This document shows, one piece after another, positions 12,437 through 25,195 of a DNA stretch of 64,000 nucleotides. The notes below the pieces were generated by a model. The model saw only the letters and a program-made list of their open reading frames with translations, was not told where the DNA came from and made no database searches. The translations under genes and the position numbers were made by a program. The DNA comes from Podarcis bocagei (lineage: Eukaryota). Location: assembly GCA_964188305.1 (NCBI GenBank), contig OZ076887.1. One strand, given 5' to 3'. Positions within the stretch are counted from its first letter, which is position 1. Every line of letters begins with the position of its first letter.

Positions 12437-12533
12437 ACTGCTGTGTTTCTTCTATGCAGTCTTCGCTGTGGCTTTCACAGAGATGAGCCTTTATGTTTGG
12501 GCTGAAGAAATGGGAGGCTTGAAGTCTGTTTAA
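12437..12533 (+). CDS. Candidate alternative terminal exon
   Basis: Pyrimidine-rich acceptors ttgcccttgtcag|12437 and gtttcttctatgcag|12460. One frame reads LLCFFYAVFAVAFTEMSLYVWAEEMGGLKSV*. Confidence 0.25.
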
Positions 12534-12940
12534 TCAGCTTTGGAAGTGTGTTGACAGCATGAATCTGAACTATAACTACCATATATGGCACAAGTCATCA
12601 CTCACGATTACTGAAGGGTGATCTCAATTCAGAATTGGGCTTGGAAAATAGCTTCATTGTGAAGCTTCATTCCAAAGCTCAATTTTGAATTCAGAAACCC
12701 AGCTGCGCTCCTGAAGATGCCATTGGGAAAACAACAGTTTCTGAACACCTTCCTTAGCCAACTGCTCTGCGATTCTCTCATCCCCTCTAACACTTTCCAT
12801 TTCCCTTATCCCTTTGTACAAAGTTGCATCCTAGCAGGAGTGGCAGTGGCCATGGCAAATCTTTTCTGAAGACCCCTACAAGATTCCTCCTTCCCAGGCA
12901 CTCCATGGAGTGGTGTTCTTGAGAAATGTAGTTCTTCCAT

Positions 12941-13100
12941 CATAGGAGCATAGGAAGCTGCCTCATACCATTGGGCCATCTTGATCAGCATTATCTACAT
13001 TGACTGGGGATGGCTCCCCAGGGTTTCAAGCAGGAGATGCTGAGGGTTGAGCCTAGGACCTTCTACATGCAAATCAGTTGCTCTGCCACCGAGCTACGGG
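12941..13100 (-). mobile_element. tRNA-derived squamate SINE (Squam3-like)
   Basis: Minus-strand head gtagctcggtggcagagc...tttgcatgtagaaggtcctaggctcaa and tail gcagcttcctatgctcctatg. Confidence 0.75.
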
Positions 13101-16100
13101 TCTTGCGCAGGCCAAGCTCTATTCAGATGGTTTAATGCCTCACACAATGCAAAGCAGTGGGGACAAGTGTGCTTGTTCTGCTCACCCATTGCCATTCACA
13201 TCACCCTTCACAAGTTGAAAGGGTAGCTTATTCTGAAGCAGAAAGTCCCGTGGACTTGTGTAGGCATCCTGCATTATTTAAAACCTTGATCTTCCAGGAT
13301 TTAAAATCGTGCAGGGGGCTTACATGAATGGAGGGGGCTGTGTAGCTATTTGCTTCCAGTTTGGGGTGGGGCAGGGTAACTAGCACAGTCATCCCTGTTC
13401 TGCCTCACATGTTTCTAATCACATGGGGGCTTAGAACACCCAAATGAAGCTCCAGAGTTATACATTTTCCATAGCCTCTTGAATTGGGGATTATGTTGTT
13501 GTCCTGGTTGACTGCAATGTAAGAGTTTGTAGTGGTTGACAGGATAGGGTGCCCTGTGACAGACAGGCAGGACTAGCTGGTAGGAGTGGAATGGGGAAAG
13601 CCAATATTGCTGGTGGATAAACACTTTTAGTAGCTATTCCTTTGGGAGGCATGTTATGGTATCTTTGTATTCTTTGAAAATATTTTTAGTAAAAAGTTGA
13701 TCTCGGTAGAAACAGGCTCAAAGAAGGAAGAGTCTGGTCTCATCTTATAACGGGCTAGGCCTTTTTGAAGTCTGTTTTTCAAACTGGTAACAGCCCAGAT
13801 TCTTGTGCATCTTCCCCAAATCCTGGCCTAAAAGCAGAGCTGCATGCCATAGCTAAAGAGCAGCTTTGAAAAGCTGGTAGGAAGCAAATGAGATCCCTGT
13901 TGAGCTCTGCCAATATTCAGCAGGCAGCAATGTACAGCTCCCAGCTTAATTACTGGCTTCAGGGAGGCTTGTAGGAACTCACCTCACATGCTTCCAGATA
14001 TACTTTGGCTTTAAGAAGAAGCACATCCTCCCAGTTTAGCAAGAAGTGATGATGTTATCTATCAAAGCACCAGAGTAATTGACTGTACCTTCCTTACTCT
14101 CTCAAGTGAATGAGGTGATAACAAGGCTTTCGGGTTTTACTAGCATTTGTGACAGGTTACCCATATTGTTGTGAGTTGAGGGAGGGGATAGGTTGTATGC
14201 CTGAGACCCTTGTAATTCCTGGATCCAGCAAGGCCTAGCATCTGATGGAGGATTCAATTGCTGAAGTAGCCAGGCTAGATGCTGGTTAATGGCCCCCTAA
14301 GTATGGGTTGTTACAGTAACAAAAGAAGTGGCATTGTGCCAGAAGGCAAATAGGTGGGTCCCTTCATCACCTGGCTGTTGGTAAGAAAGACAAGGGCCAG
14401 AGAGTTGTGCATGATAGCTGGGCTAGATGCAAACAGCAACTGGAGAGACACAGTGATGCTTGATTTCTGCTTGAATCCAAGGCTGTGGCAATGACAGAAG
14501 CAGAACCCTCTTGGCATGTTAATGCTGGAAACTCTTCCATCTTGGGCTCAGGCTGTATAGATGTGTAAACAAACCATATATCATAAAGACACCACAGTCC
14601 CCGCTGCCCCTCATTCCAAGGAAATCAAACTATGGGTTTCTTGCACTGCTTGGAGATTGGCATGGCTTGTGACAATAGGAAGTCAGAGAATGGGCAACAT
14701 ATTCAAACAGAGGCTAGGTAAATAGTTATACTTGCTCCAAAAAGGGGTTTATGTTTCTAATTGAAAATTAAAGACTTTCATTTCCACTAGCTTTTATTTG
14801 TTAAAGCTCATTATGTTTTACAAGTTGAACGTATGTGGTCATAAGATTTCTTGGTTGATCAGCCAAGTGTACCCCTGTCTAAAGTCCAACTTGCCTACCA
14901 ATATAAGACCGTTTTCCAGTTCCACAGTCAACAGGTTTATGATCTTAATAAACTAGGCAGTATGCTATGCACTGTAGCTGTTTGGTGCATGTTTGTGCAT
15001 GTGTATATATAAATATATTGACACTGATGCCTAAATTCTGGACTGACTTTGAGCATATGGCTATGAGAACTGTGACGATGAGCTCAAAATTTACCACTTC
15101 ACTACAGTCACAAGTCGACTGTCCCAGCAGGTCATCAGCATCAGGAAAGTTAGCAGGAAATATAATCTCTGGTTAAACTGAGTAACACATAGACATTTTT
15201 GCCACTGTCCATTACTATAGTGTTTATAATGTTCACATTAAAGCAATATAGTGCCACTGTAAATCCTACAGTATTATTAAGTATATTAATTTGCATCAAA
15301 GATGTCAAAGAGCCAAGTTATCAGGGATTTTCAGAATGATCTGGATGATAAAGGAGACAAAGGCATTATTTGTTACAGGATTTATATATATCTATTATCT
15401 GAAACCGTTCTTTCCTTGGTCTCTTCTGAGAAACTTGCAGGGGGTGCTAATTAAAAGTATGATGGTGTAGATACCTTTGAACAGTATATAATATAACATA
15501 CTCACTTTATGAGGCCACTGAAATACATTGATCCACTGTATTTGTTTGGATTTAAAAATTTCTTGATAAAGATTAACATATCCCTTGGAAACCAGAGTTA
15601 TTGGTCTTTTAAGAAGACTGTACCATGCTGTTAGAACCCAAATAGAATTACCCTACAATTCACCTCATCATGTAACAGATAGCAATAATGTTAATCATAA
15701 TAATCGTAATTCTTCAGTAAGTGGTGATGGCTCGTGTAAATTTTTCCAAAAATAATTGCAGGAAGATGAAGCAAATTACATTGTTATGGGTTACTTTCAT
15801 GATGTTACCTGCATACTGTTCCTTCTTCCACCATGAAATGTCAGACTCTCAGAAACCTTCAATTGCATGGGAGCAATCCTTGACATTGCTCTTTCTGATG
15901 CAAATGTTCCCCAATTTCCAGGAATCACAACACTGGGGACGATAAGAGTCACGACTTGGGCAGCTAAACCCACTGCAATGGCTGTGCTGTGGAGTTTCCT
16001 ATTGAAATCAAGACATGAAATCAGCTGACTTACAGAGTTCCCAATGGGCTGAAAGCAACATTTGAAGTCAGCACCAATAACAGATTTCAAGCTGCACTTG

Positions 16101-16941
16101 AATCATCTTCGGTCGGCATAGAAGCTCAAATTCATGGTGATGTCAGGTGACTGGCAGATGGTTGCCCCTCTTCCACCTGTCAGGGTGCCCTGTTAGGTGC
16201 GTGAAAACCAAGGATCCAGCCTCTGAATGGAAAACATTCCCCAGACTATTCCTACAAAGCCTAGGATGGTTTCCACCATACCTTTCAAGATGTAGGGAGA
16301 TGCTTTGTGAAGATAATGTCAGAAAGTCCTCTGAAAACCGGGATGCTGGTAAATGAAGAAAAAATGGCTGGTTTATGGCCTAACACTTTCAGCCACTGTG
16401 CTGCCACAGAGTCCTGCAGAATTCAAACTCAGTGTCACAGTAATAGTGCTTTAGTCACAACAACAACAACCATATATTCAGCAGCAGTGCCAGTCACTTG
16501 TCACTATCTCAATTAGGCTTGCAAATGTTGCACAAGGTTAAATTAATGGGACTCAGGTGGGCAGCTGTGGTTGATCTCTTGCAGCAAAAACAAGGCAAGC
16601 AATTTTTTATGGCACTTTTATGGTAGGAGGAAAGGGACAAGCACAATGCTTTGGGTGAAATTAGGTCACAACTTTATTTACTTACATGCATGTTCATAGC
16701 CTTGAACTGGGCAAGGAAGAAAGAAGTATGAGTAGGAGGTCTGTTCTTGATCGTTCATGCTTAGTGGAGCTCGCGGGGCTGCCCATGCTGTGTCTTGCCC
16801 CCCCAGCATGCCTGAACTTCCACCTAAGTTGTTGTGGTAAGAACCTTATGGGAGAGCCACTTGGCCAAAGTGGTTCCCAACTTGCAGTTGGCTCGAAATA
16901 TCCTCAGTGATCCCCACACAGCCCCTACCTTTGCCTACAGA

Positions 16942-16986
<45 letters not shown>
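16942..16986. repeat. (AAT)15 microsatellite
   Basis: Perfect run. Confidence 0.98.
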
Positions 16987-19209
16987 TTAGCTTCCTTGTG
17001 CCTCATTCCCCTCACCTGCTTCAGTTGTGACAACAGTAGCCAAGCCAAACTATGTACAATACCCCCACTTCAAGAACCTCCCCAAAAAAGGTGAAAACCA
17101 TGTCTATGGCCAATCTGGAGAGCATGAAAAAATCCTTCCCTCAACCTTAGCCCTGGAAAAGTCTGACAAACCTTAGCCCAAACGGTAAGGTGGATGAGTG
17201 TGCCACACTGCTGCTTCAGCCCCAAAGAGGCCCTGCTGAGATCACACAGGTCTCAGGCTTTGCGATAATATGACCTCCAGTCTTGCAGTGGCTGGAGCCA
17301 TTGCCAGGCTTGCCTCCCAGCTGGCTCCAAGCATGCAGCCATCATCTCTTCTGGGTAGGAATGGGGCTGCCTCATTTCACCACAAACAGCCCCTCCCTTG
17401 CAGGCTCATGGGCCTCATTTCTGATGAACATCAGAACTGTTTCTTCCAGTGGCCCATTCCCATCTACGTGAGTTGAGGGGGAAATTGGGGGTGGTGAGGG
17501 AGACAGGAGGCCAAATGCGAGAAACCCTCCCTGGTCCTGACCAAGGGTGGCAACACTATAAGTAGATGTCCCTTTTCAGACCTTCAATTTGCTTACTAAA
17601 AATCCCTACTTTTTTTAATGGCTTTCCTCACAGTTTCTTTTTTGTCATGATGTTTATGCTTTCGGTTGCTGCTAACGTCCCAATACAAATAATTCATGTT
17701 TCTTTAAGCTCCTCCAGTGCTATTTAGACTGTCTCAAAGTCAAAGAATAGTTGTGTCATGCTGTCCTCATTTCTGCTTATTTAAGTGCCACCATGCTCTT
17801 TTACTTGAGAAATCAGAAGGGACTGAAAAAGAAAGAGAATAAACTACCACACTAATAGTAACGACAGTGGAAATATGTGTACTGTTTTGACCTTAATGCC
17901 TTTAATGGAAAATTACGCTTCCCTGGCCATCCATTTGAACATTCCAGACAACAGACACGATACATTCTTTCTAAAAACAACTATTATTACCTCATTCTCG
18001 CTACACTTATCTCTGCAGCACATCTGGAATCTGGAGTTATTATTTCCCTTCCGGTGGCAGATAGATAAATATGGATGTATATCATATACATATGAAGATA
18101 TTTTGGCTCAGATGCTTTGCCTAAGATCTACATAAGAGATAGAAAGCTGATATGTGGTGCACACAAGCACCGTAAAAAAATAATCCTGATGACTAGAAAT
18201 GTATGAAAATGGGAACACAGGATGCAAAGTGCAGTATATTTTGTAATAGCAAACAACAACAACAAAAACAACACATAATAACTGTGGCTACTACCTGTAG
18301 ACAGAGTAACTGTGAGAGTAACTCAGTTGGACTTAATTCTGAGTTTAAATGCAGAGAATTGCACTGTCAAACAGTTTTAATCATCCTTGGATTAGGGCAG
18401 GAACAGCCATATGACCCTCAATCTAATTGCACAAGGCCCTTAGCTTCATTTTAAAAGCCCTCTAGATGCTATCAGACCAAGAGTGGTCTGTTCCTCTCCT
18501 GCAGATTTCTGGGTGAGGTCAACGTGAAATAAAGAGAAGGAGGTGGCAAAGAGAGAAAGTTTTGACAGTGGCTTTGTCTACCACTGTCATGTGGCCCTGA
18601 ACAGATTATCCCTGGGGGGATGTGGCCCACCCCTGGACTAGGAGATAGAGATTTCCATTAGGAATCAGAAATATATACCGTATATGCAGGCTGAATTTGC
18701 AATGTATATATTATATGAATCTTATTTTAGACATTATTAGACTTGCATACACATTTTTTTTAAAAAATAGGTCTCTTCATTTGGTTAATAAAACAACAGA
18801 TGAAGAAAACTATGACACACTTACATTGGATATTGTGGGCAGGCAGTTTCAAACAGCACAAAGGTGTTCTTGCTTAAACCAAAATAATCTTTCCATTCTC
18901 CTATAAGAACAATTTATATGGCACTTGACAAGAGTCGAATAGGCAAAAACAGGCAAAGAAGGAAACAACAGATGGAATGAAGATGTTAACATCTGGGATT
19001 GACTAGTGTAATGTGAAGCTGCAGTTAGTTCAAAATACTTCTGGTAGATGTTGGCTAGGGCCAGGTGGTAGGAACATTGTTCTCCTGTCCTGTTCATGGA
19101 CTTCCTATAGGCATCTGGTTGGCCAGTGTTGGAGGTGGAATGGTGTATTAGATGGGTCTTAGGTCTGATCTAGCATGATCTTGCCAGAACTTCTGGTCTA
19201 TTTTTGGAC

Positions 19210-19620
19210 ATATTTCAAGGTGATGATGCTTACTTGAAAAATCTATAGGCTTAGGGCCCATGTACCTGGATAAACACCTGCTCTCATAACTAAGGTGCCC
19301 ATGTTCTGAGGCAATCTTCTGGTATTCTGTTCCAGGTGATCCCTGCCATCTGAATTCAGGTGAATGGCAACTCAAGAAGGGAGAGGGGGAAGAGAGAGAA
19401 TTCTCCTTGATGGTGCCTGTTTGTGGAAGAGTGGAACATGGATGCTTAGCATCTAGCACTAGCTTTTTGAGGTTAGACAAAGACACTTAAAAATGTATTT
19501 TTAACCATGCTGTTATTTATTCTATCTATGCCTATTATCTCATTTTGTTTGTATACCACCCTCAAAGCTTTGCTGAAGGGCACTGTCTACATCTTTTAAA
19601 TCAGTAGATAGTTAACTAAA
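19210..19620 (+). mobile_element. Old L2 LINE 3' remnant (preceded by a CR1 3' UTR remnant at ~19030-19185)
   Basis: ggcttagggcccatgtacctgg (GLGPxYL motif), then tgtataccaccctcaaag...gggcactgt, an L2-like terminus. Confidence 0.5.
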
Positions 19621-20294
19621 ACGAGAAAGAAATGATTTATTTTTATATGTATTAGGTCAAGGGGGTCCCTGGAGCAGCCTAGCATTGCCATTGGGTTACA
19701 GCCATCTATTTTGTCACAGGCTAAAGTATTTGATCTTGCCCTAGGTTCATAGCAAAGTTAATTGTTGCTCTGTAGCCCATAGCAATAGTTTTAAGCCTTA
19801 ATTTCTTATCTGCCACAATCTACAAAATTCATCGGCACTTCTTATGTACTTTGTGGCCTCTGTTAGCAGACCATCTAATTTGCTTCATCAGTTTGAAAAT
19901 AATGATAATAAGTCTGGGTTTAACATCTGCTATAAAATCGGTCTATCTTGGTAATATCAACTGTAGTAGGCAGTTTGCAAAATCATCACACATTTATCCA
20001 AGTAAAAATAATATTGGAAGATGAGTTATGCTTAATAATATCCAAACATATTAAGCGAACGATTACAAGCATTACACACAAGCCATAAAATCTAGGCTTT
20101 ATGGGTGAAATACATTCCCTGAGTGGCACATCTCACATTATCAGATGCATGAAATGAAATTTAGGAGGAAACATTTTACCTTTAATTAGCTCTAATTTCT
20201 TTAATCAGGTTGCCACTTAGTGTTCAAATGGCATCGATTAACCTCACAATATTCATTCATTCATCTTAACATCATTCTTCCTATCACAAACAGT

Positions 20295-20298
<4 letters not shown>

Positions 20299-20330
<32 letters not shown>
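20299..20330. repeat. (GT)16 microsatellite
   Basis: Perfect run. Confidence 0.98.
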
Positions 20331-20331
<1 letters not shown>

Positions 20332-20379
20332 GGATTTCTTTCTTCACTGTTGGGGGAGGGATCCTATTCTGCTTGGCTC

Positions 20380-20625
20380 TGCCACTCAACTTGGATGGTT
20401 TAAAAAAGTGATTAGACAAATTCATTAAGAACGAGGCTATCAATGGCTATATATTGCCTCCAGTATCAGAGTTGTTATGCCTCTGAATATCCATTGTTGG
20501 TGGTCATGAGTGGGACAGTATTATTGCACTTATGTTCTGTTTCTCAGAGGCCACTGTGAGGACAGCCTGCTGGACTAGATGATCCTTTGTTCTGATCCAG
20601 CAGGACCCTTCTTATGTTCTCATGT
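20380..20625 (+). mobile_element. CR1 LINE 3' end
   Basis: ttagacaaattcat..ggctatcaatggcta..gctggactagatg..tgatccagcagg..cttcttatgttct. Confidence 0.8.
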
Positions 20626-23474
20626 CCATAATGTTGCTGGGGCAACAAAATGACCAAAAAAATAATAATAATATTACAATTATTTCCACGCTATTACGGT
20701 AAGCATTCTAGCCTCCTCCCAGTTCCCAATGGAAATGGTTCAAAGAGGGTTACTGTGTACTGCTTCCTTTGCAAAACATGTACCGGTAAATACCCTGGTC
20801 CGTGCACATCTTAAGCTCTGTTTCTAAATATATTTAGAATAGGAAGTAAAAGGCGAAAGATTTATACAATCTGAGATGAAACCAGAGTATAGGAATAGAA
20901 TAGGAAGTAAGAGTTGATTCACAATTCTCGTATCACATCACTCAGTGGCTTGTAAATGAAAAGTGACCTATCTCTTGCCTTATATTGAAGCTAATGTTAG
21001 GCAATATGCAAGCTTTCTATTACAGTGGTCGATTAATAAATTCCCTTCCAGTGACATTTTAAAATGGAAAATGTTGAGTTAAACACACAAATATATTAAA
21101 GATCACAAACCTTGAGCATCAGTTTTTATTGCAGCTGCTTTGTACCTGGCATTAGATTGTATGTACAGTTTGTTTGATGGTTTCATCAGTAGCTTCTCCA
21201 AAAAAAATAGTAGCTTCTTCATAGTGGGGACTGGTTTATCCAAAGGGATCCAATACATATTGTTGCTTACCAATGCAGGGTGGTTGCAACTTCTTTTAAA
21301 GGACAGAATCTTGAAATTCCCCAGGTTCTTTCAGGGTCTCACTGCAGCTCAGATTTGTGCTCTCCTCCTCTATTTGAAGAAGTCCTCCATTTGAAGGGCT
21401 CCCTAGTCTGGTTTAAAGATTTGAAGAAACTACCCATAAGAAGGCAGCTCAGGGGCCTCAAAGTTGCTCAGCTAGAGTAACACCTGAACAATAGATTGTT
21501 GACATAAGGAACTTTGTTATCATGCATATGGCTATGCAGGATGGGACTAGAAAATTGCCTGAGACTGATTGGACCACTATGGAGGGATGTTCTGGGCAGA
21601 TGATCATTTATTCAGTAACCTTCTTCAAGGCACTTGTGAGAATGACCCATTGATATCCTTGATGTTTGGTTTGTTATTGGAAAAACCAAATTAAACATAC
21701 ATTTAAAACAGCAGCGGTAATCATGTTTAGTTTCTCTTTGGTGCTAAGCAAAGCTGTGTACCTTTACAATTTTAAAATACCCAAATATATAAAATGGGCA
21801 CATGCATGCTTTACAAATATACATGGTCCACATGGTGAGACACAATTTGCAGTACAAACCTAAGCATGCTTAGGAGCAAGCCATATTGGATTTCTGAGAA
21901 GACATGTATAGGATTGCACTGTCAGCATATGATGCATTGGCCATGCAGAAACCAAGTCAGGTGGCAAATAGACACCTGCAGAGCTCAGCACCAGATTCCA
22001 GCCACCCCAATTTCCTAGAGAGCAACGTTCTCATTGCATTGATTTTGTTCAATGGCAAAAAATGCTGCAGTTGTATAGTTTACTGCATGATCATTTTAAC
22101 TAGTCATAAAAAATGTTTTTTGTCTCTCCCGTGCATAAGTAGAAGACCGAAGATTATCTCCCTTCCAAGTATAGGCATGGGGGAGAGAGCATGCTGCATA
22201 CCAAAGGTTCACTCTGCACCTTACCATCTTCCAGCATGTCTTCCTCCATGTGAAAACACTTGACCACCTTTGAAAGCTAAAGGCCACAATGCTTCATATC
22301 ATAGGCATGTGATATGGAAAAACTCTTAAGTCACTCACTCTTCACTCACTCATCACTCTGCTGATGCCAGCCTGATGAGTCGTCTTCTCTTAGTATTACT
22401 TTAAAAACCCAGGAGAAATCCTGGGATTTTTGTGCAAGCTCTTTGATTATAATGTATTATACAGATGTTAAGAGCATGTTAACACTGCAAAGTTTTTGGC
22501 ACGCCACAATACGTGCTGCGTGTGCCAATTACGATTTGTTAGCCAAAGAGCCTTTAAATGGTGCCATTAATTTCTTCAGCATTAAAGTAAATTATTAAGA
22601 AGGCTTTCCTAATGCTCCGAAATATATTTAATAAGATTACTTTGAACAGTTTTATGTGAATTACTGTTTAATAATGTTGGCCTTACAAAGATAATCTTTA
22701 TCAGAAGAATAATCTGACCACCCTTTTTTAATGATAAAATTATCCTCCCAGGCTCATATTTCTTATAGCATTAACTGTTCACCTCAAACAAGCCTAGACT
22801 GAAAGGAACAAGCAAACCAATAAGGGTGGTTTTTTTTTATCCTTTTACTGGCACACAAAATTGTATTAATAGGAGACTCTCTAATCACTGCTATTTTACA
22901 ACTATCATTTGTAGTTTGGTGTGATGTAGTTAAAGAGCTGTTAAGGATGCATTAAAGTGCAGAGCAACAGACCAATGTCCTAAGGGCAAGTGTTTTCAGG
23001 TTTAGACATACCAGTCATAGCCACTTTGCTGAGAGATTCATATTTCATTGCTCAGATTTATTAAGTCCTCCATGTGCTAACAACTTCTAAATCAGCTGCT
23101 TGTGACATATTACTGGCTGTTCTCCCATTCTCACTGCCCCTACATTCTACTGCATTTTCTAAAATCTATCTCTTGCAGAGGTTCTCATAATCTAGACAAC
23201 CTAATATGACTTTTCCTTTAACTAGAATCATTGTATATTCTTTTTTCAGCCAACCATTGTCCTGAAGTGTTTTAGAGAACACCAGGAGAAGAGTATGGGA
23301 GACTGTGGAATGCATGCATTGTGGAAGTGTGCCCTATACAGCTTGGGACCTAGCTGTCTCAAGGACCACATCCTCTCCCACATTACCTGCCCATGCATCA
23401 TCCTCAAAAGGGTCATTTCCAGGTGCCATCAGACAGCTTGTGAAAGGATATTTTTGACTGCTTATTGCATTCCA

Positions 23475-23615
23475 TCCTTACATTTATATCTCATCTTTCT
23501 TCCAAAAAAGCTCAAAGAGGTATACATGGTTTGCTCTTTCCCCATTTCATCTTCGCAACAACCATGAGAGGCTGAGAGTCAGGTATTTGAACCCTGGTCT
23601 CCAAGGTCTCTACCC
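23475..23615 (-). mobile_element. MIR/CORE-like SINE remnant
   Basis: cccatttcatcttcgcaacaacc..gaggctgagag..atttgaaccctggtctcc. Confidence 0.55.
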
Positions 23616-23661
23616 TAGAAGGCACGCCTGCTGTCCAAAACAGTTTTTGTATTAGGTGAAG

Positions 23662-23800
23662 ATCATACAATCATAGAATTGTAGAGATGGAAGGCACCAC
23701 AAGGGTCATCTTGTCCAGGCCCCTGCAATGCAGAAATCTTTTGTCCAATGTGGAGCTTGAACCCACTACCTTGACATTAAGAGTGTCATGCTCTACTGAT

Positions 23801-23805
<5 letters not shown>
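23662..23805 (-). mobile_element. tRNA(Lys)-derived SINE with CR1-type tail
   Basis: Minus strand reads caatcagtagagcatgacactcttaatgtcaaggtagtgggttcaagctccacattgg (tRNA-Lys CTT-like), with a ctacaattctatgatt tail. A (CT)n run is adjacent at 23806-23850. Confidence 0.8.
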
Positions 23806-23853
<48 letters not shown>

Positions 23854-24048
23854 TATATTCCTAGGACTTTAAAAAATAGTAATAACTGAAATCAATTTTA
23901 TCTGTTATTTGCTTTAAAATATGTGGTGTTGGTTACCAGTTACTTTGGTTCTGGCTTTTAATTTAGGGTCTGGACCAGGCAATTTTGAAAGTTTAGAATC
24001 TGAACCACTCTGCCTGCCCTTGCATAATATTATCATTTGTACAGTGGT

Positions 24049-24127
24049 TGTTGTTGTTTAGTTGTTTAGTCGTTTAGTCGTGTCCGACTCTTTGTAACCC
24101 CCATGGACCAGAGCACGTCAGGCACAG
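24049..24127 (-). mobile_element. Very short Bov-B LINE 3' end
   Basis: Reverse complement of ctggtccatgggg..gagtcggacacgactaaacgactaaacaac, the same tail as at 48740-48794. 11-bp TSD tgtacagtggt at 24038-24048 and 24128-24138. Confidence 0.8.
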
Positions 24128-24131
24128 TGTA

Positions 24132-24389
24132 CAGTGGTACCTCAGGTTAAGTACTTAATTCATTCCAGAGGTCTGTTCTTAACCTGAAACTGTTCTTAAC
24201 CTGAAGCACCACTTTAGCTAATGGGGCCTCCTGTTGCCGCCGCGCCGCTGGAGCACAATTTCTGTTCTCATCCTGAAGCAAAGTTCTTAACCCGAGGTAC
24301 TATTTCTGGGTTAGCGGAGTCTGTAACCTGAAGCGTATGTAACCTGAAGCGTATGTAATCTGAAGCTTATGTAACCCGAGGTACCCCTG
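24132..24389. mobile_element. Tc1/mariner-superfamily MITE
   Basis: TA|CAGTGGTACCTCAGGTTA...TAACCCGAGGTACCCCTG|TA. Internal 16-bp repeats gtaacctgaagcgtat. Confidence 0.9.
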
Positions 24390-25089
24390 TAGTTATTTAT
24401 TTAAAGTATTTTTATCCCACTGTTCACCCCCCCCCCCAAAAAAAGAGGGTTTCAGAGCAACTTAAAAATATCTGTAATGAATACACACTTTGTCCTTAAG
24501 TGTAAAATCTAGACGGGACAGCACAAAAGGAAAAGGGGTTGGAGGGGAAAGCCAGCTGACTATAGCCTAATGTGCCTTACCGAATATGCAGTACATTCAG
24601 TATTTCCTGTTTAATTGTTATTCATTTGGATAACTAGGGTTTGGAAACAGTAGGACAAATTTATACTCTGGCACAGAGCATGGTCTTTGATTTTTGTTTC
24701 CGGGGTCCAGTGCTGTTTTCACAGTTGAGAAACCACATCCATAAACATTCCTTCATTAGTAGTTGAATTTGAGTAAAGGTATTCCAGAAGTTGTGCAAAT
24801 TTCCTGCTGGTATGAACTCATCAGTATATTAAAAGTAATGGGTGTTAAATGTTATTCCCATCTGGAGTCTGAGGCTGCACTGTAGAAGCAGGCCAGATTC
24901 ATAAGGAAACGGAGTATTCAGAATCCATGGCCTGGGGGAATAAACTTCCTTTAAAAAAATCTATAATGGGGGAGAAAATCACCAAGAACACAGGAATGTA
25001 GTGAGCAAAGTCAGCAGAGACTTCAAGAAACAATTGTGAAACATAAACCTTTACTGTGGTTGCGTTCTACCTCTGTTTTCTGGTTTCAG

Positions 25090-25195
25090 ATGTTTCAATG
25101 GTCTTGGTGCATTTGAGATGTCAACATTATCTCGTTTTCATCCCAGGCTTTGCGGCAAAAGAAACAAAACAAAAAATCCCTTAAATGAATTTTAA
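25090..25195 (+). CDS. Candidate alternative terminal exon
   Basis: Strong acceptor ttctacctctgttttctggtttcag|. Reads (R)CFNGLGAFEMSTLSRFHPRLCGKRNKTKNPLNEF* or (D)VSMVLVHLRCQHYLVFIPGFAAKETKQKIP*. UTR-like sequence follows. Confidence 0.4.

Noticed and set aside
23735-23805. tRNA-Lys gene
   Set aside because: The stems are degenerate and it is fused to a CR1-type tail, so it is a SINE head.
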